The notes under the pieces: generated by a model
What the model was told of the DNA's origin: nothing
Seen by the model: only the letters and a program-made list of their open reading frames with translations
Databases searched by the model: none
Part shown: in pieces, positions 18,471 to 43,603 of the stretch
Position numbering within the stretch: position 1 is the stretch's first letter
How the letters are laid out: the number at the start of each line of letters is the position of its first letter
Program-made: the position numbers and the translations under genes
Source: the human T2T-CHM13v2.0 reference genome, Homo sapiens
Strand: one strand, 5' to 3'
DNA: 64,000 nt
Assembly (NCBI RefSeq): GCF_009914755.1
Contig: NC_060931.1

Positions 18471-19242
18471 CAAGACCTCATGTTGTTAATCACCCTTTTT
18501 GAGAACATGGAAGTTTTCAGCACTTCTTAGAATATGACATTAACATTCATCCTGAGAAACTGAAACAGTATTTTGTACTCCATTTATCTTCCAACATCCC
18601 CCTTTCCCTTATCTGTGGTACTGTCATGCATATGCTAGTTATTTGGAATGTCAGAAGTTTAGTAATTAGCCATGGCACTATTCAGGAGGCTGAGGCAAGA
18701 GGATCACTAGGACCCAGGAGTTTGAGCCCAGCCTGAGCAACATAGCAAGGCCCATGTCTCTTTGAAAATGAAGAAAATCACAGCACTGCACTCCAGCCTG
18801 GGCAGCAGAGTGAGATCCTGTCTCAAAGAAAACCCCAAAAAACAAAAACAAAAGTTTAGTAATTAGGTTTTATGAAATTTAGAAAAAACTAGTTTTCCAT
18901 TAATGAATGCTTGTTATTAGAATATAGTGAATATCTATTCACTATATATATATTCACAAAATATAGTGAAACTGTATATTTTGGTGCTGTCAAGTGGATC
19001 AGCCTACATACTGCTGTGTGAAATTGCTTTCACCAAAAGAATTGGTTGAGACGACATTAATTGAGCTAATGTGAGTCAGTATTCTAGGGGAAGGAAGAGC
19101 AGAGGTACCAATATTGGAATGTAGTTTTACTTAATATAAACCACAGCAAAAACAAATTGTGGATAATAAAGCCAAATTAATGTTAAAGTGTTTGCTCAGG
19201 AATCAAACTTGTTGATTTGGTCATGATGATTCCTCAGTAACT

Positions 19243-19797
19243 TCAGCTGCTCCTCAACTTACGCTAGGGCTGCATCCTAATAAACCTGTAAGTCAAAAAT
19301 ATTTTTAAGTTGAAAATGCATTTAAAACTCTGATAAGCAGCTGGGCGTGGTGGCTCACCCCTGTAATCTCAGCACTGTGGGAGGCCGAGGCAGTCGGATC
19401 ACCTGAGGTCAGGAGTTAAGAGACCAGCCTGGCTAACATGGTGAAACTCCGTCTCTACTAAAAATACAAAAATTAGCTGGGCATGGTGGTGGGCACCTGT
19501 AATCCCAGCTTCTCGGGAGGCTGAGGCAGGAAGAATCACTTGAGCCCTGGAGGCGGAGGTTGCAGTGAACCGAGATCGCGCCATTGCACTCTAGCTTGGG
19601 TGACAGAGTGAGACTTGTCTCAAAAACAAAACAAAAAACAAACAACCTCTGATAAGCCCACTGAAAAAAAAAATTGTAAGTAAGCTGAACCATCTTAAGT
19701 CCTGATGCCGCTTGACCTAACTATGAAGTTTCAACCTGATAAACCCGTAATAAAGTCAAAAAATTATGAGTTGAACCTTCTGAGTTGGGGACCATCT
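19243..19797. mobile_element. MER47/Tigger-type DNA transposon split by an Alu (19339-19645, +)
   Basis: Ends cagctgctcctcaacttacg ... gagttggggaccatct. Alu TSD ctctgataagc. Confidence 0.7.
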
Positions 19798-20076
19798 TGA
19801 CTAAGTTCACTAGGTTCAGTTCAGTAGAACCTGCTCTTGTTATGAGATGATAATGCTTTCTACAGAGCAGAGGAAAGCAGAACTGTAGAGAAAAGTTCTG
19901 TACCTGACATCTTTGTAATTCAGTAACTATCCTTCAATTCCCTTTTCTGCCTTTTATATTCTGAAAAATCTTTGATCTAGTTAAAACTAGTCCAAAAGCA
20001 GTATTCAAAAGATCTAGAAAAATGTGGGAAGACAGAGTAGAGTGAAGATGATAGAGAAAAATGGTGCAAATCTGAC

Positions 20077-20772
<696 letters not shown>

Positions 20773-21467
20773 TTAAGTAGCACCATTTTTAATCGATAAA
20801 AGAGTATATATAGTAATGCTATATGTGTTTTGTATTTTCTTATATAATGATAGAAGCTGCGCACTGCAGCCATTCAGTGATGTGAATGGCAGTCCCTAGG
20901 TTGTGCAACCTGATGGTACTGACCACCAATAGCTGTGGAACCCAAACCAAGTTCATGATGAATTTGTATCCTCATGAGCCTAGTTTTCTGTTTTTGTTAT
21001 TGTTCTTAAATTACAATCAGGGCAACCAAAATAATTTGCTTTAAATTCTGTAGAAACTAAAAGATGACAAATTATGTAGCTGTTTCTATGATTTTTGTAG
21101 TGATAGTGTTTATCTCTGTAATAGTATCTTGTAGCTTTCACAAATACTCATTTTTACATCTGTTCAACTTTATTAAACACATATACACAACACTGACAAA
21201 GGATTAAAACATCCCTGTTCTTTTGTCTTCGGTTTTGGAATTCTTTTTACTTGTATAATTCTGTTTTCCATCTTCATCTGTATCCTTGCAGGTTGCCTGA
21301 AAGGTTTGAAGACCATGTGGTATTATATATATTTTAACAGGTCATGTCATTTCTCTAATGCTGTGGCCCTGAGGTTAGTGATATATTAGGAAACTGTATC
21401 ATGAAAGTCCGTTTGAGGATAGAAACATATGCATGGACTTTTCCCAAAGTTTGTAACCTGTCCATAT

Positions 21468-22660
<1,193 letters not shown>

Positions 22661-24589
22661 GTTCGTTTTAGGTTTTCTAGCATCTGTATTTCATTCAAAT
22701 ATTCACTCAGACATTTATTGTGCTCCTGTGTTCTACCGTAGGGATAGAAAAAGGCAAATAAAATAGGAATTTTCTCTGTCAAGAAATAAATTAGATTTCT
22801 GTCTTGTCACTATGTTTAATCAGTGTACATACTCTGGAACCCTGTACTAAGAACTGTGAGAATGTGAAAACTGGAGTAGTTGTTTTCTAACCACCCTTCC
22901 TCCACTTCCAAACTCTAAATCTTATTTTTATTGTATTGTGGTTCTAAGTTATTTCTCAGGTAACTTATGTCAAAGTGTTAACTGATGATTAAAAGTCTAT
23001 TATTTTAATAATGAAACTTATTAAATCTGATCTGACTGTTAGACCTGCTTCACTGTAGAGTTGGGGCAGAACACTAGCATTTGTTGAATTTGTGCTGGGG
23101 CCATTCACTGTGTTAGGCTACTAAAAGCAATTTGATGTTTCATCTTTGAAACATTGCTTGCCTTTGTACTAAATTTTCATTTTGACCAATTGTGCCTGCC
23201 CCATGCTCCCCAAATACTTAAGAACTGATCTATACAAAATATCGTGTCAGGGACCAGATGCTCTAATAATAATCAAAAAGCTTTCCCCCTTTATTTTACT
23301 AATTTTAAAATGGATAATACTTTCGTTCTTATTTTAGTTGCCGTTATATGGGTATTTTTGAAATAAAATGTTGGTTAAATATTGCCTATTTTGATTAGAA
23401 ACCATCTGCCAGAAGTGATGGATAATGGCTCCCCCTTGTGGCACAGTCATTTATGACATGTTTAGATTGCCTCAGAATGTCCTGAGCAGGCCTTGTTTTT
23501 AAAAATAAGGGACTCTCCTCCCCACCCGCTAAAAAAAACCTCAGCAGAATTGAATCAACAGCTTCTGCTCCCACCCCCCTCAATTCTTTGGCTCTAATAA
23601 TGATCCTGTTTTTGTATTTTCTTCACATTGGTGCTGATACAAGCTAAAAATATCTGTATCTCCATATTTATGGTGGATCACTATGAAGGTATTCTGAGGA
23701 ACTTTTAATATCTTGGAATGTTGATAGGTATACTAAAACAAGTACAAAAAAAACAGGTTTTGAAGTCCAAAATAGTGTAATGCTGGACCAAATAAGTAAT
23801 ATTTGTTTGCAGTGAGACTCCTCAGAAACTTTAATAGCCAGTGTGCGTGGTGAGCCTCCTAAACAAGAAGGGTTTTCCAAACTTAGTGGACTGTAGAGCT
23901 CTCTCTTCAGGGAACATGTTTTGGGAAACAGCAGGTTGTTTCAAGTGAGTCGTTCTTTGGGGTTTTTTAAAAAATTACTTGTTATTACTATATTTGCCTT
24001 TTCCCCCTTGCAGCAGTTTTCGTAATTACATAAGAGAAAACAGCAATAAGTAAAAAATCTTATAGATTTGTTTTTGGCAACATATTTCCTGTTAAGAATA
24101 GGCTACTTTTTTCCCTTTGTAGCAAGCCCACCTCAGAATCCTAAAGTGTTTTTTTTAAAGATTACATTATATAAGTCGAATATTAGTTTAAACAATTATT
24201 TCATTTTATGTTAACCAAAGCTTCTCAGATTTTGGTATTGACACTTACTGGCAATGGGTACAATAGGTCTCCTACTTCTGCTTTCTTTTTTCCCTTCATA
24301 ATATTTATAGAGAATATACAAGGGGAAAAGTGAAAATGTGGCCATGATGGTCATGGGGTTTTGTGGGGAGGGGGAGGAGATTTAGATTAAATATGTTATA
24401 TTTCTTCTGAAGGCCACTATTTAAATATAAGCTTTTCCACAAATACATAATTATCATGCCTGTCTTTTATTGTGTTCTGACACATCTATATACCTAAATC
24501 AAGAGGAACTATATGTATAATCTTTGTAATTCAGTGCATTTCTTTTTTTAGAAAGCAAGTATATTCTATTATTATTTTTTATTTAGTTA

Positions 24590-28873
<4,284 letters not shown>

Positions 28874-29362
28874 GTGATTCTTAATTTCTAGTAGTTTCTC
28901 ATGAGAGTTAATAATAGGTATATAAACTGGTTTCTAGTTAATATGGTAAGATCAAAAAAGAAGAGCATCCCTGGTGGCCTTTTAGTCATATAAGCCACTG
29001 TTGATGGTTAAATGTTTTCAGAGGGTCTAATTTTGAAAATGTTGATGAAAAGATATGAACTTCATTTCACTTTAGAAAAATGCAGGTACACCAACTTTTG
29101 AATACTCAGATAATGAGTTCCTCTGTTCTAAGGAGATGTTAGTTGTCTAGAATTAATGCTTATTTGTCTTAACTCTGTTTTCATAAGCAGTGTGTAGGAA
29201 TAGTTAGAGAAAGTAAAATAGCTTGATTTAGTGCAAGTTTTATTTTTAAAATGCCTTATCTGTTACTGTTAGTAAAGTTTTGTTTTGCTTGCCTCATTAT
29301 GATATAATATTCTGAGATAATAATTTATTGCTACAAAATGATAGCAAGCATTATCTTATGTG

Positions 29363-29453
29363 TAACTTTTAATTAAATCCATATTCTTCAGGTAAAAAGA
29401 ACGTATTTAACTTTTAATTAAATCCATGTTTCTTCAGGTAAAAAGAACGTATT
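29363..29453 (+). repeat. Tandem duplication (45 + 46 bp) spanning the RSBN1L exon 4 acceptor
   Basis: taacttttaattaaatccat(a/gt)ttcttcaggtaaaaagaacgtatt occurs twice. Confidence 0.97.
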
Positions 29454-29575
29454 CTCATGGTACTTACAGAGCTGGCCCAATGAGACAAATAAGCTTGGTG
29501 GGAGCAGTTGATGAAGAAGTAGGAGATTATTTCCCTGAGTTCCTTGACATGTTGGAAGAGTCACCATTTTTAAAA
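29438..29575 (+). CDS. RSBN1L: RSBN1L coding exon 4 (138 nt; VKRTYSHGTYRAGPMRQISLVGAVDEEVGDYFPEFLDMLEESPFLK)
   Basis: Translated by hand. Acceptor gtttcttcAG|29438, donor AAA|gtaaga at 29576. Phase 0-0 with no stops. Confidence 0.95.
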
Positions 29576-30200
29576 GTAAGAGACAATCTGTCATGGGATT
29601 AGAGTTTTTTTTTTAAAAAAGGGAAGAAAAACCAATATGAGTAATCTAAATTGTGATTGTTTCTTTCATGCTACATGCAATATAAATGAATGGCTGTTTC
29701 AGAAATAGAAACGTTTTGGTTTTATTTGAACTGGAGGGAAGGAGAGCAAGAGATGGGAAACTGACATAATTCTTGTGTAGTGTGTACATGCGACATCTCA
29801 GGTTCTAATTGTAATGGCAAAGCTAAGTGGTGGGCCATGAAATAACACCTCTTAACACTTTAGGAAATTAGGTTCCATGTGTTTATCAGCTCTTTGTAAA
29901 CTAAGTACTAAAGGACTTAAGAAGTACAGGAAGGATTCTACTACAAATGTTTAAGACAAAGGAATGGCAGTTTAGCATTCCTAAACTAAATTCCAGGAAA
30001 ACTCGCCTGGGAAATTACACACCCATATTTTAGCCATGGCTGTACTTATCTGGGTTGGGCAAGCCCTTTAAACTTTCTGGGCTTCAGTTTCATCATCCAT
30101 AAAATAACATGTTTAGACAATGTAGCCAAAGGCCCCTCTATTTAATTTATTTTTTTGAGACAGCCTCACTCTCTGCCCAGGCTGGAGTGTAGTGGTGTAA

Positions 30201-30440
<240 letters not shown>

Positions 30441-30942
30441 TAAATAGTTTGTAGCCAGATTCCTTTTTTTTTTTTTTAAAGCCTCTTGATTTTCAAAAAG
30501 TATTTCTTATTGTGAGGTGCTAGGGCTATCCCACTGAGAGAGGAATCTCTGAGCTGTGTGGTTAGGTTAATTATTTAATCAGTAACTCAAAGGTCAATGC
30601 TGCAAACCTACACTGAAATTCAGGGTCCAGGTAAGCTGTGGAATGTGACAAGATTTCTGATACCACATAATCTATAGGACATCTCTTCTTTTATTACTTC
30701 TGTTTGCTTGGTGTTTTTACCCTATATGTACATATATCTTTTTCTTCCCTTTCTCTTTAACCTTGTTCCATTCCTTTTTCTCTTTTCCTTTTAAACTTTT
30801 TGTTCCTTTTCTACTTCTCTCTAGTAGTTACATCATGGAATTAGGTTGCATTTATTATTGAACTATATTTAAAAATTACCAAATATTACTTAAATGGTTG
30901 CTTCAAGTTTAATTTTCAAAGCACATGAACTAAATGCATTAT

Positions 30943-31057
30943 TTCTCCTTTCCTTTCCTTCCCCTTCCCCTTCCCTTTCCCCTTCCCTTCCCCTTCCCCT
31001 TCCCTTTCCCCTTCCCTTCCCCTTCCCCTTCCCTTTCCCTTTCCCTTCCTTTCTTTC
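30943..31057. repeat. (TTCCCC/TTCCC)n pure polypyrimidine tract
   Basis: Read directly; occupies the tail position of an Alu monomer. Confidence 0.95.
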
Positions 31058-31231
31058 GATGGGGTCCTGCTATGTTGCCCAGGCTAGCTTTGAAGTCCTG
31101 GGCTCAAGCAGTCCTCCTGCTTCAGCCTCCCAAAGTGCTGTGATTACAGACGTGAGCCACCCACACCCAACCTAAATGCATTGTTTCTAAAGAAATTTGA
31201 CAAGCCTTTTTGAAAAGGGGGTGTGTGGTGA

Positions 31232-31474
<243 letters not shown>

Positions 31475-31556
31475 TAGGCTAATTTTTTGTATCTTTAGTA
31501 GAGATGAGGTTTCTCCATGTTGCCCAGTCTGGTCTCAAACTCCTGAGCTCAGGTGA

Positions 31557-31916
<360 letters not shown>

Positions 31917-32599
31917 TGAGTAGCTGGGACTACAGGTGCGCGCCACCATGCCCAGCTAATTTTTGTATTTTGTAGAGACGGGGTTTCACCGTGCTGGCCA
32001 GGATGGTCTCGATATCTTGATATCTTGACCTTGTGATCCGCCCGCCTCGGCCTCCCAAAGTGCTCGGATTACAGGCGTGAGCCACTGCGCGCCCAGCCTT
32101 GTTCTTTCATTTTAAAATACTTTAGTCTCTGGTTTAAGCCAACAACCTCTTCAAGAAACTGCTGAACAGAAATATGTTTTGATTTTGTTTTGTTTTGTTT
32201 TTAATTATCATTAATCAAAGAGGTATCCAGTTTTTAAACTTAAATTTAATTGTTCATTTTTATAGATTCTTATGAGAGCACTTGCTTATTTAGTCCGTTA
32301 ACATCATATGATCTATATGGTAGAAGGAAGAATAACAAATGATGAATATAGTGAATCATACCTCTAGCAGGGTATAGGGACAGAACCATCCAAGCATAAT
32401 TATTTTCTTGGTGTGTTTGAAACAGTTTTTTGAAGCAAAGTATATCAATATATAGGGATATATTCAATATTATGTATTTCAGATGCTTAAGTATAAAGCT
32501 GTGTATGAAAGTGTGTTTGTCAGGGGAACAATATTATTAACATACACTTGAAGATACATTTTGAAAATAATTGCAATCTGCATAATTATTTATCTCCAG

Positions 32600-32742
32600 T
32601 GTACACTGCCATGGGGGACGCTATCTAGTCTAAAATTACAGAGTCGAAAAGATAGTGATGATGGTCCCATCATGTGGGTTCGTCCAGGAGAACAAATGAT
32701 CCCTGTGGCTGATATGCCAAAGTCACCTTTCAAAAGGAAAAG
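32600..32742 (+). CDS. RSBN1L: RSBN1L coding exon 5 (143 nt; CTLPWGTLSSLKLQSRKDSDDGPIMWVRPGEQMIPVADMPKSPFKRK)
   Basis: Acceptor tatctccAG|32600, donor AAG|gtatgt at 32743. Phase 0-2. Contains the SDDGPIMWVRPGEQ motif. Confidence 0.95.
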
Positions 32743-32899
32743 GTATGTTGTATACACATTTTTATTGGAGGGGATGAGTGTTTGTATGTTGGGGTGTGTA
32801 TGTTAGTTGAAAATTGGAGGAAGGAGGAATGCAAAGTTTAGAGCATAATTGGAATATAAATTTAAAAATAGCGATACATGCTAATACAATTTGTTATAA

Positions 32900-34850
32900 A
32901 ACCTAAAATGTAAATAAAGCATGAGAAATGTAGGCAAATGACAAGAAATTGTAATGATGGATGGAAAAAATGTCATAAGATATAAACTATTTTAGAATAA
33001 ATGTAATATTCAGAACCTATACTAAGAAGACTAAAATGTTTTGTGGAGGATATAAAGTAAGATCAGAACAAATGGAAAGCCCTGCTGTGTTCTGGATTGG
33101 ATAAAAATGATAGTTCTTTAAAATTTTCTGCATTTCAATTGGACTAACACTTCCAGTCCTGGATAAAATTATTTTAAAATTCATAAGGAAGTAAACTTTT
33201 CAGTGAAAGAGAAGATTAGTGAGAGGCAGCTTATGATACAGGATATTAAAAATTACTATAAAGTTCAAATAGATCATTGGAATAAGAGTCCAGAAATAGA
33301 TCTAAGTATATTGGGAACTTAATATATGAGATAGGTGGGAAGAGGAAGATGTATTTAATGAATAATGCTGGCATATTTGGCTCTCATAAAAACAAAGGCA
33401 GAGCCCCTACCTCATACAAGAAGTAAATTAGAGAATTAAGCATCACAGATAAAACAGTTAAAATATTAGAATAAAATTGTTTAAGCCTGGAGGAGACCTT
33501 CCTAAGCAAGACCAAACAATGCAGTGGCAATAGTATTTGGGGGGGAAGCGACATCAACAATGAGGTTCAAAATTATGATAGACTGGACTAAGACATTTGG
33601 AACTCATGACACACCAAAGTTAATGTACAAAGAGCATTCTCAAGTGTAAACAACCCAGTAGAAAAATAACCTCAGGTAGTTAAGTTTATTTTAAAAGAAC
33701 TATGAGATATTTTTATTCATTATATTGGCAAAAATTATGAATATAGCATTAATATTATAGGCTGGTAGGTATGTGAAGAAACAATTTTTTATATATTGTT
33801 GACTGGAGGATGAGCTGCTGTAATTTTGTGAAAGTAATCTGGCAGTAGATCATAAAATTTAACATAAAACTCTTTGATCTAGCACTCCTACTTTTGGGAA
33901 TCCCAAGGAATAAAAACACGAAAGGTAAATAAATTTGTGGTAAGAAAAACATTTTAAAATGGTCTGAATGCCTGTCAGTAGGGGAATGGTTGAATAGATT
34001 TCATACATTCTTATTGAAGAGTATAGTTAGGCCGGGTGCAGTGGCTCACGCCTGTAATCCCAGCACTTTGGGAGGCTGAGGCGGGTGGATTACCTGAAGT
34101 CAGGAGTTTGAAGATCAGCCTGGCCAACATGAGGAAACCCCGTCTCTACTAAAAATAGAACAAATTAGCCCAGCGTGGTGGGACATGACTGTAATCCCAG
34201 CTATTCAGGAGGCTGAGGCAGGAGAATTGCTTGAGCCTGGGAGATAGAGGTTGCAGTGAACCCAGATCGCTTCACTGCACTCCAGCCTGGCCGATAGAGC
34301 GAGACTCTGTTTCAAAAAAAAGAGTATAGTGAAATACGCCAGGTGCAGTGGCTCTTTCATGTAATCCTAGCACTTTGGGTGGCCGAGGTGGGAGGATAAC
34401 TTGAATCCCAAGAGTTCAGGACCAGCCTGAGCAACATAGTGAGATGCCGCCTCTACAAAATAATTTTAAAAATTTAGCCAATGTGGTGGTACATGCCTGT
34501 AGCCCTAGCTACTCGGAAGGCTGAGTCAAGGGCTGCTTGAGCCCAGGAGTTTGAGGCTGCAGTAAGCTATGAGTACATCACTGCACTCCAGCCTGGGTGA
34601 CAGAACCAGAACCTATCTCTTAAAAAAAAAATGGTGAAATAGTTAAAGTTTTAAAAAATGTCTTGATCTGGATGGATATTCATGACATTTGAAAACAGCC
34701 AAATGTAGAGTAATGTATCTAATATGATTTTGTTTTTATCCAAAGAAATAACAAAACCCTACTATGTGTGATTGTGTACTTATGTGAGCACAGAGAAAAG
34801 TGTGGAGAAAATGTACATTAGGTTAACGTGGATTGGAATGGATGGAGATG
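32900..34850 (+). mobile_element. Highly decayed L1 3' region interrupted by Alus 34030-34321 and 34338-34631
   Basis: L1 phrases (gagtccagaaataga, gatctagcactcctacttttgggaat, gcctgtcagtaggggaatggttgaata). Confidence 0.65.
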
Positions 34851-34869
34851 ATGCTAGGAGAGATTATAG

Positions 34870-35757
<888 letters not shown>

Positions 35758-37088
35758 TGATTCTTAATTTTTTTTTTCTTTTTTTTAGAATGTATGGATC
35801 ATTTTGAGAATCTGAAAGTCTCTTCTCAGAACAATACAGATAAATACAAACTTTTAGATGTACTTTAAGGGGGTTCACCACTACCTTGAGGAACTTCCAT
35901 TCACTTCAGGGTATACAACCCATGGTATATACGATAATAATAGTCTAACAAAAACAGTGTCAGGCATTGTGTCAAGTGCTGTACAGTCTTAATTCATTAG
36001 AATGTGGTATTTATGCAGCTAAATTTGTGGGTTTGAGAACCTGTTAGGTTTCCAGAGGAAGCAACACCATCTGGCATTGTGACACATGTAGAACATTATT
36101 CACAAAGAACCAAAAAAAAATTATTATGTATATGTGTAATAAGACTGTAATGCAGGGGTGCACAAAGAGTAGTTAAATAATAGAGATTAAGGGTGGGAAA
36201 GTAGAGAACCAGTAAGGAAGAGTGATCCCTGGGAAGATAGACAAGGATGAGAGGAGACAATTATGGGGGTAACACAGAGTTGCATCTGGAAGAAACAAAA
36301 ACCGTAGAGGAAGATAAAATGATGACTCTCTGCCAAAGAAATTCTTACCCTTTTCCTTGCCTACAGCAAAACTGGAGAGGTTTCTGCAATGAGTGAGGCT
36401 AAGTAGGCAGCAACTTCTGCGTGTATATGCATTCTAGAAGGAAAGTGGTGGAGGAGAGGGCCAGTGGGAAATAGCTGTCTTCCAAGACAGAGCTAAGGTT
36501 TTCCTTTCTACCTCCAATAAAGCATGCATGTTTTGTGGAAGCACTTACTGCTGGGTGTTTACTGCTAAATCTGTTTTTTGATTCTTCCCTCACTAGACAG
36601 ACTATAAACTCCCACGAGAGTGGGGTCCTCTTCTGTCTTATTTGCTATTGTCTCATTCACTGGCCCCAGTTCTTAGATAGTACCTAGCACATAGTATGTG
36701 TCCTATCAATATTGAATTAATGCATTTTTAAAAGTTACCCATTTGTTTCAGATATATATCTATCTTGTGTTACCCAAGAGATCTGAGTGGGGGCATGGTA
36801 CCCAAACCCCAGGTAAAGATTCTGTGTATAGGGAAACTTGGGTAAACAACACCATTTGTAATTTAATTTTTTATCCATGTGTTTCCTTACAACTGTTCCT
36901 GTTGTGAAGGTATATTAGAAAAATGAGGGTATCGTATTTGTGTTTTTGTTTGTTCGTGTTCATTTTAAAGATAGAATTTGATTTGAGAGCAAATTTCATA
37001 TATTTTTGTCTGAATTATGTGATTATTGAATGTTTGATAGCAATTAAGTGTCACTATATAAATGTAATTTTCTTTTTTTAAAAAACAG

Positions 37089-37256
37089 AACTACCAATGA
37101 AATAAAAAATCTTCAGTACCTACCTCGAACAAGTGAGCCCCGTGAGATGCTCTTTGAAGACAGGACAAGAGCTCATGCAGATCATATAGGACAAGGTTTT
37201 GAACGACAGACTACAGCTGCTGTTGGAGTGCTGAAGGCTGTGCACTGTGGAGAGTG
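37089..37256 (+). CDS. RSBN1L: RSBN1L coding exon 6 (168 nt; contains the H-x-D motif RAHADH)
   Basis: Acceptor aaacAG|37089, donor GTG|gtatat at 37257. Phase 2-2. Within ORF 37048-37266. Confidence 0.93.
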
Positions 37257-37424
37257 GTATATATAACTACCGCTATTTTAATGAAAGAATTTCTTGGCTT
37301 CTACAATTTTTCTTGGAAAATCTTAGTAATTCCTCCTTACTGTGGGAAAAAAGTTTCATTTTTTACCCGTGTTTGGATATCTTAATTGTATAATTGTACT
37401 AAAGATTTTAAATTGCTAGAATCT

Positions 37425-41680
<4,256 letters not shown>

Positions 41681-42281
41681 TTAGCATCTCTTTAAAAATG
41701 TATTTATATATTCCTAATTAATTGAAGAATTTGAGAGTTTTTTAGAATTATATTTAAAGGCATGAGTAACCTCAGCAAATACCAAGTTTATTGTATTAGT
41801 ACTTTTCCAATGAAGTCTCTTAATTTATAAAGTTATTTAAGAGTTTTATGCATCAGTATAGTTATATGTATCTTCTATGGAAATAAAATACTCCCTTTTC
41901 CTCATATTTACTTCTAATTTTTATGTAGTGTTTTCAACTTTAGCACTTAAATTTATGAAGCATTGATCTTATTCTTCAAATAGAACACTTAATTTTCTTG
42001 GTTTGTATAATTTACCAATTCAGATCATTTCAATTTTCCAAACTCTTGTGACAAATGTTTATATAAAAACGAAGTCAGTTTTTAATCTGTGTCTAGGTTG
42101 AAAGTCATGGTGTTGGCCCTTTCTTTAAATATGTGAAATGGCTTTCCAATTAACAGTTTAACTTTATTTGTAAGACAGTACTATGGTATTGACCATAAAG
42201 TATTTTTGCTTTGAGTTTAATAAGGACTCAAAAGAGTGAAGCATTTATGGCAGATTCTTGTTATCTCGTTTTCTTTTTTAG

Positions 42282-42390
42282 GCCTGATCAACCCCGTATA
42301 ACCAAAGATGTAATTTGTTTTCATGCTGAAGATTTCTTAGAAGTAGTTCAACGAATGCAGTTAGATTTACATGAACCTCCACTGTCCCAG
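42282..42390 (+). CDS. RSBN1L: RSBN1L coding exon 7 (109 nt; [36 protein letters not shown])
   Basis: Acceptor ttcttttttAG|42282, donor CAG|gtattt at 42391. Phase 2-0, followed by an 83-nt intron. Confidence 0.95.
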
Positions 42391-42473
42391 GTATTTTTAA
42401 TACACTTACTGTCTTTGGTTTAGTTTTTATTATGAAGAGAGTTATTTGTATTTCTTGTTTTATTATTTTTTAG

Positions 42474-43112
42474 TGTGTCCAATGGGTTGATGATGCAAAA
42501 CTGAATCAACTGAGGAGGGAAGGCATTCGCTATGCCAGGATTCAGCTATATGATAATGACATTTATTTTATTCCAAGGAATGTTGTTCATCAGTTCAAGA
42601 CAGTTTCAGCTGTATGCAGTTTAGCATGGCATATTCGGCTCAAATTATATCACTCAGAGGAGGACACTTCTCAGAATACAGCTACTCATGAAACAGGCAC
42701 ATCATCAGATTCCACATCATCTGTTCTTGGACCTCACACTGACAACATGATTTGTGCTGTAAGCAAAGCCTCCTTGGATTCTGTTTTTTCAGATAAACTT
42801 CATTCTAAATATGAATTACAGCAGATTAAACATGAACCTATTGCATCTGTAAGAATCAAGGAAGAACCTGTGAATGTTAATATTCCTGAAAAGACTACAG
42901 CACTGAATAATATGGATGGCAAGAATGTTAAAGCAAAATTGGATCATGTTCAATTTGCAGAATTTAAGATTGACATGGATTCTAAATTTGAAAATAGCAA
43001 CAAAGATTTAAAGGAAGAATTGTGCCCTGGAAATCTAAGTCTAGTTGATACAAGGCAACACAGTTCAGCACATTCAAATCAAGATAAAAAAGACGATGAC
43101 ATTTTGTGCTAA
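42474..43112 (+). CDS. RSBN1L: RSBN1L terminal coding exon 8 ([53 protein letters not shown]...DDDILC*)
   Basis: Acceptor tattatttttTAG|42474, open to TAA at 43110-43112. In-window coding total is 1955 nt, which fits a protein of about 846 aa if exon 1 (outside the window) supplies 586 nt. Confidence 0.96.
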   Translation, partial: CVQWVDDAKLNQLRREGIRYARIQLYDNDIYFIPRNVVHQFKTVSAVCSLAWHIRLKLYHSEEDTSQNTATHETGTSSDSTSSVLGPHTDNMICAVSKASLDSVFSDKLHSKYELQQIKHEPIASVRIKEEPVNVNIPEKTTALNNMDGKNVKAKLDHVQFAEFKIDMDSKFENSNKDLKEELCPGNLSLVDTRQHSSAHSNQDKKDDDILC

Positions 43113-43573
43113 ATTTGCATATACCATCTAAAATCCTTTTTTAAAAAAATTTAATGTAATAAAGATTCATGAATTCTGAAAGCAAGCCAAGGACTTGCTC
43201 CTATGTCTGTTACAAAACATAGTTTATGTAGCTTTGTAACATTCCTCAGTGCCTGTCCATAACTGTGAAGTATTAAGCACTTAGGGCCAGATGCACTGTA
43301 AACATTGCAGGTTTAAACATAAAGGAGTCTTTAAAAAAAAATCATTTACGTTGGAATTTTAGGTTTTAGAATAGAGCTGACATTAACATATATATATATA
43401 TAAATATATATATATATTTTGTAATATGAGCCAGAATTCTTTTTCAACAATTTAAAGCTTTTCCATAGAGCTTATTTATATCCTTTTTTTTCATTTTAAA
43501 TGTGTCAGCACTGTAGTGTAAATAGCTTTTAAATATCTTTTTAGTGTGATTTATACTGAAATGTGAGCCACTT

Positions 43574-43603
43574 AATAAAGGTTCATATGTTCATATTAAT
43601 AAA
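43574..43603 (+). terminator. RSBN1L: Proximal poly(A) signals of RSBN1L (AATAAA 43574-43579 and 43598-43603; another at 43158-43163)
   Basis: Canonical hexamers with an upstream TGTA element and downstream GT/T-rich sequence. Confidence 0.6.
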
